This document shows, one piece after another, positions 9,257 to 17,826 of a DNA stretch of 64,000 nucleotides; the first letter of the stretch is position 1; each line of letters begins with the position of its first letter. Below the pieces are notes generated by a model, which was given only the letters and a program-made list of their open reading frames with translations, was not told the origin of the DNA and did no database searches. Made by a program: the position numbers and the translations under genes. The stretch is taken from positions 11,454 to 75,453 of the forward strand of contig JBAZSW010000004.1 of NCBI GenBank assembly GCA_041662245.1, given 5' to 3'. The DNA is from Parcubacteria group bacterium (GTDB lineage: Bacteria; Patescibacteriota; Minisyncoccia; Moranbacterales; UBA9337).

Positions 9257-10549
9257 CTATTGAAATGCAAAATACTTCTTTCTAATTGCCAAACTTACAA
9301 CATAAGCCATTACCCATACAAAAAAACTTAAATTGAAAGCTACCACCGCACCAAAAAGGCCATATTTAAAAATTAAAGTAAATGACAAAATAATTTTGGT
9401 AATATAATAAACGGTATCTGAGAAAACAATAACTGCATTCATTTTCTTTGCATATACATATCTTACAATCATATTCTGAGGAATATATAAAATAATAAAC
9501 AAGACAAAATATTTTGAATACGAATAATATTCTGTATAGTTAGTGCCAAACAATAGCAAACAAAGTTTTACGATAAAAAAATAATAAAATACTGATAATA
9601 TTAAAATCACTATACCAAAAAATAATACAATTGCTCGTTTATTTTTTAGTAACTGCCATAAGTCTTCATTCGTAATTATAAATTTAGGAAAAAGTATACT
9701 TAAAAGTGGCTTCACACTTTCTCTTAACTTGATTGGAATCAATGAAACAATTGAATACGCAGCTAGTGTCACGGGGGACAAAAAAGTTGCTAGTATAATT
9801 TTATCTACATTATCAGCCACTATTCCAAGTGCACTAATTTTTGTTAAAAAAAATCCATATTTATCAACATCTGGATCTTTATTATTATTATTTATATATT
9901 TTAAACTTTTTTGATAAAATAAAACATTAAATAAAGCAAAAATTCCTAGATATATGGTCGCTATTACTAACAAATTATCCTTATAAAACAAAATAGCCAA
10001 AACAGAAAATAAGGTATTTACAATTGATTGAATGGAAAAATATTTAGCTGAAATGTCAAAAAGTGCCTTTCCTTGCAAAAAACTATCCCATGTATTGAAA
10101 GCATAAAAGAATGGAAAAATTATTGAAGTTACCAGTAAAGATATTCCTAATGGAAAACTTTCCTTTATGTAATAAAATCCAATAATCCAAAGGATGGGAA
10201 TCCCTATAATACTCCATAAAAAACTTTTTTTAACGACACTCTGATAATTCCCATCACTTCCATTGGCAACTGCCGCAGAAATTGATGTATTTAAACCTGA
10301 AATAGAACAAATTGAAACTATGGACCAAATAGAAATTATCAATTGATATTGACCAAATACTTCTTTGCTTAAAAATCTAGCGAAAGAAATATATAGAATC
10401 AAGCCAGCAATAATAGTTATAATTTGTCTTAAGCTAACCCAAAAACCATTCTTAATAAAATATGGCAAGTCGAGGCCTATTTTTTTGCCCAATTTTTTAG
10501 ATAAACTATAGACTTTTTCTTGTATTTTATTTATTATTTTCATATTCAA
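9257..10549 (-). CDS. Polysaccharide biosynthesis protein / Wzx-like flippase (MOP superfamily).
   Basis: 430 aa and ~12 predicted TM helices. Typical Wzx length and placement at the end of a glycan locus. Confidence 0.7.
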   Translation of the reverse strand: MNMKIINKIQEKVYSLSKKLGKKIGLDLPYFIKNGFWVSLRQIITIIAGLILYISFARFLSKEVFGQYQLIISIWSIVSICSISGLNTSISAAVANGSDGNYQSVVKKSFLWSIIGIPILWIIGFYYIKESFPLGISLLVTSIIFPFFYAFNTWDSFLQGKALFDISAKYFSIQSIVNTLFSVLAILFYKDNLLVIATIYLGIFALFNVLFYQKSLKYINNNNKDPDVDKYGFFLTKISALGIVADNVDKIILATFLSPVTLAAYSIVSLIPIKLRESVKPLLSILFPKFIITNEDLWQLLKNKRAIVLFFGIVILILSVFYYFFIVKLCLLLFGTNYTEYYSYSKYFVLFIILYIPQNMIVRYVYAKKMNAVIVFSDTVYYITKIILSFTLIFKYGLFGAVVAFNLSFFVWVMAYVVSLAIRKKYFAFQ

Positions 10550-10553
10550 ATAA

Positions 10554-10667
10554 TTTTTTTGAGGAATTTTCGCATTTCATCACTCATTTCATGCCCAAAA
10601 ACCCTTACGTGTACAGCTTCAGTCAAAGTTATCAATTGTAATTTCAAATTCTCAATCATTTTTTTCT
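10554..10667. repeat. R1 repeat copy A (~100 nt family). Core: gcccaaaaaccc...acagcttcagtcaaagttatcaattgtaatttcaaattctcaatcattttttt.
   Basis: Near-identical to copies at 12441-12550, 13745-13815 and 14207-14295, all in the same orientation. Confidence 0.9.
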
Positions 10668-10687
10668 TTCAATTATTTCATTCTCTA

Positions 10688-10762
10688 AAATGTATCAACA
10701 TACCACCTGCCCGCTAGTTGCTACAGCGTTGCAGGCGGGCGGCCGTGCCAACTCGACACATT
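10688..10762. repeat. R2 palindromic repeat (tgtatcaacataccac|ggccg|tgccaactcgacaca). A 35-nt GC-rich hairpin element H is inserted at 10706-10741.
   Basis: Compare insert-free copies at 14655-14694 and 15299-15337. An identical H-bearing copy sits at 14334-14405. Confidence 0.9.
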
Positions 10763-10842
10763 GTATTCATATTATCCCAAAGCTCGACGACCACATTATT
10801 TTAACACAATCCCAAATACTAGCCCAATTCAAATACCTATCA

Positions 10843-12279
10843 TCAAACAAGTAAAAAATATTTCAGCGGTATTTGCACAATGTTCTCCTTTTCAAAAATA
10901 TTCAATTCGTTTTTTGATATAACCAGTCCATATTTTGCTTTTACTTTAGACGCTGTTTGAATTACTTGAGATATACCTTTATTTCCCATCCCAACCTCTA
11001 TTATAATTTTCTCCCTTGCAAAACCCAAGATAAAATCCGCTCCACCCTGGGCATTATCATACGTGAGTGAAGTATTTATTTTTTTGAAAAGAAATCTACT
11101 TAAGTACATTCCAATCGTATCCTCCAGTAGTTTTCCTGAATAATTTTCTTTTGAAATTACATTACCAATAAAGTTATAATACATTGATCGGAAAGCTGGC
11201 GAAGCAAATAGGTATTTGGAAGGCTTTTTTACCTGATTCAAATGAGAGCCGTGAGGATACACTCTAATTAATGTTTCAGTTTTCTCTAGCGCATTAAAAA
11301 TTTCCATAATTTTAGGACGACTAATGTTGAAAATTTCCGATAATTTTACATAACTTAGTTGTTCTATATCTGCAGTCGCATAAAGAATTGAAGGAATTTT
11401 TGAAATTGTTTCCGAATTAAATTGACCAGTCCTGGCGACATCACTGTTGATTATCCTATCTAACGTTTTATTTATTTGATCATAAACCAAGGCCTCATTG
11501 TTTAACATAACCATAAAAGGAAGCGAGCCATATCTCATATATCTTTCCATCTCCATTCTTTCGATATCAATCCAATATTCATTTATTCTATTTTCGATTC
11601 TGCGCATACCTGCATAGACATCTACCGCAGAGACTGAATTAAAAATTACTCTTCGAACTTCTTTTCGAAGACCTGCTGTTTCACTTTTTCCTGTCTTAAT
11701 TTTCATATATTCCACAAAACTGAGTGGGAACAATTTTTCAAATATAGCCCTTCTTGCGATATCGGGGTTCGTATTAAGATTTAGCGCCGAAGATCCAGTA
11801 GCAAAAATAAAAACATTTTTTGACCTATCATACAGACTTTTTAATGTGATAGCCCATTTTTCATCATATTGGATCTCATCAAGAAATAGATAAAGAGGTT
11901 TATCAAGTCTTTCCATTGCGACTCCAATTAAATCTTCATATGCTTCCAAAACATCATTCAATCCGACGCCAAGAATTTGAACTATATGATCAACTGATAA
12001 ATATAACCGGCGAACATCTCTGTTTTTTTCCACATAATACAACTGTGACATAATTGTAGTCTTTCCGGCGCCCCGAAGGCCGGTCAAAATAAGCCACCTG
12101 GCAGTGGATTTGTGTTCAAAAAAATCCGTAAAATATTTATGTAATTTTATATAAATATTTCTCTTGGGTCGTAGCTTTTTATTTTCATCGAAAATATAAG
12201 CTTCAGCTCGAAAATCCGCCTGCGAAATTTGATCTTGCAAAAACTTTATTATCTTTTCTCTTTTTTCATTATTAGCCAT
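10843..12279 (-). CDS. AAA+ ATPase (AAA_14-like) with a C-terminal DUF4143-like domain.
   Basis: Walker A GLRGAGKTT and Walker B LFLDEIQ. 478 aa architecture typical of archaeal-type ATPase/DUF4143 proteins. Confidence 0.8.
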   Translation of the reverse strand: MANNEKREKIIKFLQDQISQADFRAEAYIFDENKKLRPKRNIYIKLHKYFTDFFEHKSTARWLILTGLRGAGKTTIMSQLYYVEKNRDVRRLYLSVDHIVQILGVGLNDVLEAYEDLIGVAMERLDKPLYLFLDEIQYDEKWAITLKSLYDRSKNVFIFATGSSALNLNTNPDIARRAIFEKLFPLSFVEYMKIKTGKSETAGLRKEVRRVIFNSVSAVDVYAGMRRIENRINEYWIDIERMEMERYMRYGSLPFMVMLNNEALVYDQINKTLDRIINSDVARTGQFNSETISKIPSILYATADIEQLSYVKLSEIFNISRPKIMEIFNALEKTETLIRVYPHGSHLNQVKKPSKYLFASPAFRSMYYNFIGNVISKENYSGKLLEDTIGMYLSRFLFKKINTSLTYDNAQGGADFILGFAREKIIIEVGMGNKGISQVIQTASKVKAKYGLVISKNELNIFEKENIVQIPLKYFLLV

Positions 12280-12440
12280 ACCATTTTAAAATTATTTTAA
12301 TGCTAAATATAGTTTACATTAAAACTATAAATCTTGTCAATATTTATTTACAAGTGTATAGAGACTCCCTATTTACGGCTAATTTAAACAACTTTTTGCT
12401 ATTTTTCTTGTTTGCTTTCTTAAGTTAAAACGGAAGGGGG

Positions 12441-12550
12441 TTTTGAGGAATTTTCGCATTTCATCACTCCGGCCCTGCCCAAAAACCCGCCGATGCACAG
12501 CTTCAGTCAAAGTTATCAATTGTAATTTCAAATTCTCAATCATTTTTTTG
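12441..12550. repeat. R1 repeat copy B.
   Basis: ttttgaggaattttcgcatttcatcact...gcccaaaaaccc...acagcttcagtcaaagttatcaattgtaatttcaaattctcaatcattttttt. It lies immediately 5' of the ATPase gene on the minus strand. Confidence 0.9.
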
Positions 12551-12629
12551 TTTCAATAATTTTTATTTTTTTATCCATTTCTAATATCTAGTTATTATTG
12601 TTTTTGTACATTAGTAATGTATATTATTT

Positions 12630-13676
12630 TCAGTCTTTTATATATGTTATTTTCATCTTATAGTAAGTCGCCCTTCCTTTGCCAAACTTTTCAATTATCC
12701 CTAGGGATATTAATTTCCTAAAATCAAGATTTCTCGTCGGTTTTGCTCGTGTAGTTAGCTTAGCATAATCTCGATCGCTAACATATCCATTATTCTCTAT
12801 GTATTTGATAATTTTCTTGTGATAATTCTTAATTGCCGTATCGGGAGAGATGACCACCTTTTCAAGCTCTTTACTGACGCGTAATAGTTCATCAATAATT
12901 CCGTCTGTAAAATATTCCAGCCACGACGTAAAATCGAATTGATCTTTAATATCATAATAATTTCCCATTACACCAACTTCTTGAAAATATTTACTGACAT
13001 TATTATTGTAATAATTTTCAAAACTAAAAAGATTAAAAGTATTTAGTCCCATTTTGGCTAATAATACCTTAGTGGCTAGACGAGCTGTTCTGCCATTGCC
13101 ATCAATAAAGGGATGGATGATTACAAATTGCTTATGAAATAATCCAGCCAAAATCAACGGGTCAATGATATCTTTATTTATATTTATATAACTCAATAAG
13201 TCATTCATCAGCTCTAATACGTCTAATTGCTCTGGTGGCAGATAAACGACCTGGCGAGCTCTTGGATCATTTACAAAAACTGCTTCTTGCCTTAATCGTC
13301 CGCATCGATGCTTTTCAATTAAATCTTGTGTTATGTTTTTTTGAATCTCCAATATCAAATCTAAATCAAAAGAATGCTCTTTATCTTTTGACAAAGAGCT
13401 CAGAGTAATTAACGCCTTATTGTAATTTAAAACTTCCCTCTCGCTATCACGAACATGTTTGGGGGCATTTTTTATAATTCTTTTAACGTCAGTCAAGGGT
13501 AATGGGTTTCCTTCAATGCTCGTAGAAGAAAAGGCGGAAATTTCCCGCGCCCGCCTCTCAAATTCTGCCAAAACAACATCCGAAAAATTCCGATTATTCA
13601 AATCAGTAATAATTTCAGTTATTTTTTTAATGTTAGCTAATAGTTGGCTAGAAATAGTATATTTTGGCTCAAACAT
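12630..13676 (-). CDS. Fic family protein (class II, with an N-terminal autoinhibitory helix).
   Basis: Fic active-site motif HPFIDGNGRTARL. Inhibitory (S/T)xxxE(G/N) motif STSIEGN in the N-terminal Fic_N region. C-terminal wHTH-like tail. Confidence 0.9.
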   Translation of the reverse strand: MFEPKYTISSQLLANIKKITEIITDLNNRNFSDVVLAEFERRAREISAFSSTSIEGNPLPLTDVKRIIKNAPKHVRDSEREVLNYNKALITLSSLSKDKEHSFDLDLILEIQKNITQDLIEKHRCGRLRQEAVFVNDPRARQVVYLPPEQLDVLELMNDLLSYININKDIIDPLILAGLFHKQFVIIHPFIDGNGRTARLATKVLLAKMGLNTFNLFSFENYYNNNVSKYFQEVGVMGNYYDIKDQFDFTSWLEYFTDGIIDELLRVSKELEKVVISPDTAIKNYHKKIIKYIENNGYVSDRDYAKLTTRAKPTRNLDFRKLISLGIIEKFGKGRATYYKMKITYIKD

Positions 13677-13744
13677 AGATAATGATAGTTACTTATATAG
13701 ACTAATTATAGACGATTATTAGACGATTGTCAACCTCTTACTCA

Positions 13745-13815
13745 GCCCAAAAACCCTCAGGTGCACAGCTTCAGTCAAAACAATTAACCTTAATTTCAAT
13801 ATTCTCAATCATTTC
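13745..13815. repeat. R1 repeat copy C, in the divergent region between Fic and the 80-aa gene.
   Basis: gcccaaaaaccctcaggtgcacagcttcagtcaaaacaattaaccttaatttcaatattctcaatcattt. Confidence 0.85.
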
Positions 13816-13911
13816 TATATTATGCATTATTTTACAATATTTTACAATTTAGCTATAATCTAGCCATAAGACTCGTTTGACACTCCCGAAGTAAGGTTTT
13901 ATAATTAAACT

Positions 13912-14154
13912 ATGAAAAATAACAACAAAACAAAAAAAGAAATGACTATTGATGATTTAGCGCTAATGGTAGCTAAAGGCTTTAATGATGCAAATGAAAG
14001 GATGAATAAACGTTTTGATCAAGTAGATAAGAGATTTGAGAAAATTGAATCACGCCTTAAAAATATTGAAGCTGATCTTAATAAAAAGTTAGACAAAATT
14101 GAACATAACACTCTTATTTATCGAGTTGAAAAATTAGAGAAGAAATTTGCTTAA
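13912..14154 (+). CDS. Small coiled-coil hypothetical protein (80 aa).
   Basis: Heptad-rich K/E sequence (MNKRFDQVDKRFEKIESRLKNIEADLNKKLDKIE). A hairpin terminator follows at 14184-14212. Confidence 0.5.
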   Translation: MKNNNKTKKEMTIDDLALMVAKGFNDANERMNKRFDQVDKRFEKIESRLKNIEADLNKKLDKIEHNTLIYRVEKLEKKFA

Positions 14155-14183
14155 TATAAAATTTTAGAATTATTCAAAATATA

Positions 14184-14212
14184 AACAGGTCCACAACCTG
14201 TTTTTTTATCAC
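14184..14212 (+). terminator. Rho-independent terminator (aacaggtccacaacctgtttttttat).
   Basis: 7-bp stem aacaggt/acctgtt with a 4-nt loop and a T7 tract, directly after the 80-aa ORF. Confidence 0.7.
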
Positions 14213-14295
14213 TCATCTCATGCCCAAAAACCCTCAGGTGCACAGCTTCAGTCAAGGTTATCAATTGTAATTTCAAATTCTCAATCATTTTTTTC
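14207..14295. repeat. R1 repeat copy D.
   Basis: atcactcatctcatgcccaaaaaccctcaggtgcacagcttcagtcaaggttatcaattgtaatttcaaattctcaatcattttttt. Confidence 0.9.
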
Positions 14296-14333
14296 TTTTT
14301 TTAAAATATTTCACCTTTCTTACCTATTCCCCA

Positions 14334-14405
14334 AAATGTATCAACATACCACCTGCCCGCTAGTTGCTACAGCGTTGCAGGCGGGCGGCCGTGCCAACTC
14401 GACAC
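14334..14405. repeat. R2 palindromic repeat copy with the H hairpin insert (14353-14388).
   Basis: Identical to 10688-10762 over ~72 nt (aaaatgtatcaacataccacctgcccgctagttgctacagcgttgcaggcgggcggccgtgccaactcgacac). Confidence 0.9.
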
Positions 14406-14654
14406 CTACCTATATCGCCCCAATTATAAATCCCGAACCCATCCATTTCTCTATTATGCATTATTTTTCCGCTCCCGCCCATACTTGAAAATTTTATTAT
14501 TTAGGTGCACAATCTAAATGCAATGACATCTCGAAAGAGAAGCTCTGAGATTCCAACTAGACGGGGTCGTTTTTTTATTCCAAATCTCGGACAGAAGTTC
14601 ACACAATTCACATTGTTAGGTGGAGATTTTTTTATTTTATTTTTCTTTTTTTTA

Positions 14655-14694
14655 AAATGTATCAACATACCACGGCCGTGTTAAGTTGACACAT
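14655..14694. promoter_or_regulatory. R2 palindrome without insert (tgtatcaacataccac ggccg tgttaagttgacaca), 25 nt downstream of the PaaX-like gene.
   Basis: Imperfect inverted arms (13/16) around a GGCCG centre. Candidate dimeric-regulator binding site. Confidence 0.5.
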
Positions 14695-14717
14695 TATATT
14701 GACATTGCAAACAAATG

Positions 14718-15290
14718 CTAGATTTCTAAATTAAAAAGTTTTGCAAAATGTCTTTTAATCTTATCTTCATTATCAATTTTTAAGGCTGTAATAACTCTGA
14801 CATATTTTTGAGCAGAATACAAATCAATCACTTCCAGCATGGCTTCTTCCAAAGGATAAGGAGAAACAAATACGCTATGTTGAAGTTTAAAAAATTTAAG
14901 CTCTCGCAAATGATCTCGTAAAATATCGCGAAAAGCTCGGTCTTTCTCTGGAATGTCAAAAAGAACAATTCTCCATCTATTATCCCACTTTCTTGGCTTC
15001 TTAAAATTTATTGATTTTCCAATCAGACTAAGCATTCTTGCCTGCTTTATCCCCTCTGCAGTAAGCAGTAATTTAAAGGAACCATTGGGAGATATTTTTT
15101 CTTCAATTAATTTTTCTTTCGAAAGTTTACTGATGGAGCGATTAAAATTACGCTGGTCTATCCTTTCCCAATCTTTTTTTAATGTTCGAAGTGTCCTAAA
15201 ATACTGTCTAGAAGAATTCGATACTCCTAAAGCCACACCGCCCAAAAGCACTAGCATAATCTTTTTTTGTGTTGTTCCAAATTTATGCAT
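14718..15290 (-). CDS. PaaX_C-like domain protein (putative transcriptional regulator; Cas2/VapD-like fold family).
   Basis: C-terminal WDNRWRIVLFDIPEKDRAFRDILRDHLRELKFFKLQHSVFVSPYP matches the PaaX C-terminal domain consensus pattern. Recognised from memory and not searched. Confidence 0.5.
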   Translation of the reverse strand: MHKFGTTQKKIMLVLLGGVALGVSNSSRQYFRTLRTLKKDWERIDQRNFNRSISKLSKEKLIEEKISPNGSFKLLLTAEGIKQARMLSLIGKSINFKKPRKWDNRWRIVLFDIPEKDRAFRDILRDHLRELKFFKLQHSVFVSPYPLEEAMLEVIDLYSAQKYVRVITALKIDNEDKIKRHFAKLFNLEI

Positions 15291-15298
15291 ACATTATT

Positions 15299-15337
15299 TG
15301 TATCAACATACCACGGCCGTGTTAAGTCGACACATTT
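15299..15337. promoter_or_regulatory. R2 palindrome without insert, immediately upstream (-9 to -47) of the PaaX-like gene start.
   Basis: tgtatcaacataccacggccgtgttaagtcgacacat. Its position relative to the start codon suggests an operator/promoter. Confidence 0.5.
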
Positions 15338-15625
15338 ATTATATTACTTTTTTGGCATACACTGTAACAATAGGTATATCTAAATATACATTAAAACATG
15401 ATTTTTACTGATAGTCTTTACCCCATTAAATAAAAACTTATCGGACGAAAAAAATACAACTATAATTTCAAAGACTCCTTGGAAAGATTGCGTTTTATTT
15501 ATTATATTTTACCACTTTTCAAATATTAGTTCAAAGCAAGATTCCTGAAGCTAGTCCTGATTGCAAAAAGAAATTATTGTCGTGCCATGGACTTTTCAGA
15601 CATGCTTCATTATAATTAAGTTACT

Positions 15626-17104
15626 ATGAAAAAAAGCATTCATCATATATTAATTCAACCCTATTTAGGTATAAGTCTATTGCTTTTAGTATTTCTGCTA
15701 AAAGGGTTTTTATTTGTAACTATCTTACCTATTTTTCAAGGTCCCGATGAACCTATTCATTATGCCACTATCCAATATTTTGCAGAACCTAAGGAAAAAA
15801 ATTGGGATATCCAAAAAATCGACAAGGAAGATTTCTTCCCTGATGGAGATAATACGAATACTTATCATTATTCTCAAGAAATCAAAAAAACAGCTGAAAT
15901 TTCCCAATTTGATGAAATAAAATTTCATGGTACGAATACTTCACTTTTCTTATCTGGATCTGATGGAGCAATTGAGCAAACCCTCCCTCAAGCTTCTTGG
16001 AAAAAATATATTGATTCTTATCCTCCCTCCATAGTTGGCGGCCCATCTTTATATTATTTAGTTACTTCCCAAATTGAAAAGTTTTTTTCATCCTCTGACA
16101 TTTTGGTTCGTTTTTTTTCCATTCGCATATTCTCTGTTTTTTTAGGAATATTAACTGTCCTTTTGGCTTATTTAACTACGTTAAAAGCTGGCTTCACCCA
16201 AAAACAGGCCTTGGTAATCTCTACCATTATCGCCTTTCAACCCATGTTTACCCAGACAGCAGCTATAATAAATTATGACATCCCTTTAATATTTGCCTTT
16301 TCACTTTTTACTTATGCGACAGTTGCTCTTCTGAGACATGGCTTTCAATGGAAATATTTTTGTTTTCTTTTTTTGGGAGCATTGGTAGGAATATTAGTCA
16401 AAGGAACGGGTCTTATTTTGCCCGTTTTGATTTTTCCGATTTTAATTTATCTTATTTATCAAAAAACAGATTTTGGTTTAGGCAAAAAAAAGTTTTTCTT
16501 TTATCTATCCGCTCTTTTTGTCATAGCTATTGCGTTTTTTATTATTTTCGGACCAAAAGGAACTACCGAAATTTTTACCGATTTTTCGGCAACTTCGAAT
16601 TTTTCCTCCCCGCTTGAATCATTACAGAAATACATTGTCATCACTGCAGAACGCTGGGACTTTTTTGAGCTTACTTATTGGGGGAGCTTTGGCTGGCTAG
16701 ACGCACAGGTTTCTGATTATGTATTAATTTTTATTTGGCTAACAGAAATAGTTGCCCTAGCAGGAATAGTTTATGCATTTTTCTTTAAAAAAATCCCATC
16801 TTCTTTTTTACCCGAAAAAAAATATATAATTTTTATGATTTTAATGCTAGTTGCCCTTCAAGGCTTAATTCGTTTTTATGATTGGAAAATTTTTTACAGT
16901 GATGGTTCTATTATAATCGGAACTCCAGGGAGATACTTTTTGCCTAATATTATTTCACATTTTTTGGTTTTATTTTTTGGCCTAGGATCCTTTTTCTCAA
17001 AAAAGAAACATTTTGATATATTGCTAATAACTTCCTTAATTTTAATGATTGGATTTTTCTTCTATTCTCTTTTTAATATTATTATCCCTCGCTATTATTT
17101 ATGA
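15626..17104 (+). CDS. Polytopic membrane protein, GT-C-fold glycosyltransferase-like (DUF2142/ArnT/PMT-like).
   Basis: ~12 TM helices. The first periplasmic loop carries the GPDEPIHY (DE) motif typical of GT-C enzymes. Confidence 0.45.
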   Translation: MKKSIHHILIQPYLGISLLLLVFLLKGFLFVTILPIFQGPDEPIHYATIQYFAEPKEKNWDIQKIDKEDFFPDGDNTNTYHYSQEIKKTAEISQFDEIKFHGTNTSLFLSGSDGAIEQTLPQASWKKYIDSYPPSIVGGPSLYYLVTSQIEKFFSSSDILVRFFSIRIFSVFLGILTVLLAYLTTLKAGFTQKQALVISTIIAFQPMFTQTAAIINYDIPLIFAFSLFTYATVALLRHGFQWKYFCFLFLGALVGILVKGTGLILPVLIFPILIYLIYQKTDFGLGKKKFFFYLSALFVIAIAFFIIFGPKGTTEIFTDFSATSNFSSPLESLQKYIVITAERWDFFELTYWGSFGWLDAQVSDYVLIFIWLTEIVALAGIVYAFFFKKIPSSFLPEKKYIIFMILMLVALQGLIRFYDWKIFYSDGSIIIGTPGRYFLPNIISHFLVLFFGLGSFFSKKKHFDILLITSLILMIGFFFYSLFNIIIPRYYL

Positions 17105-17814
17105 TTAAAAAAATTCCAAAAAAATATTATAAATTTTTTTATTTTGGATTTTTGTGTCTGATTATTTTTGTAATTGGTTACCGATTCGTCTCGATGCTTA
17201 CGATTCCAGACTCTTCTTTTAATTTTGAAAAAAAAGATACCTCTAGAATTTATCCATTTTTTCCAATTACTCAAAAATTTAGCGCTTCCGAAAATAATCT
17301 TAATCAAATAAAAATAATCTTAAAAAATATTAATTTACAAGTCTCTGACAAGATTACCCTTGAACTTAATAATGAATCCTGTAATGAAACAATTGCAAAA
17401 ATGGATATAACTAATACTTCTTGGCGATTTCCTATCTTTGACCGTTTTTCTTTTCCGGCAATAAGTGACTCTCGAGGGAAAACATATTGTCTTAAAATAA
17501 CCTATTTTACAAAAAATGCTGACATTAAAAAAAGCGATTATCCTGAAGTTTCATTAGATTCTCAAATGCTTTTTATCCAACCATTTGAAAACACTCGTCC
17601 CAATTTCAATAAAAAAGCGAGCTCGCTGGTGATGCGTCCCGCTTACACAAATGGAGGTATCTTGGCCAATTTAACTACCCTAAAAAATAGAATTTCTCAA
17701 GACAAACCATTATTTCTTAAAAACAATTATCTTGTGACTTTATTTATTTCTTTTCTCACTCTTACCTTTTTGTTGCTTCTCTTTATTATATCTCACCATT
17801 CAAACAAAAAATAA
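17101..17814 (+). CDS. Hypothetical protein with N- and C-terminal TM anchors.
   Basis: Its start overlaps the upstream gene's stop (ATGA), suggesting translational coupling. No recognisable motifs. Confidence 0.45.
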   Translation: MIKKIPKKYYKFFYFGFLCLIIFVIGYRFVSMLTIPDSSFNFEKKDTSRIYPFFPITQKFSASENNLNQIKIILKNINLQVSDKITLELNNESCNETIAKMDITNTSWRFPIFDRFSFPAISDSRGKTYCLKITYFTKNADIKKSDYPEVSLDSQMLFIQPFENTRPNFNKKASSLVMRPAYTNGGILANLTTLKNRISQDKPLFLKNNYLVTLFISFLTLTFLLLLFIISHHSNKK

Positions 17815-17826
17815 TTAACAACAATC

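Noticed and set aside
10550-14300. R1 repeats as integron attC sites
   Set aside because: No intI-like integrase gene or attI is present. The repeats lack the R''/L''-L'/R' palindromic attC organisation. The idea is kept only as an analogy in the findings.
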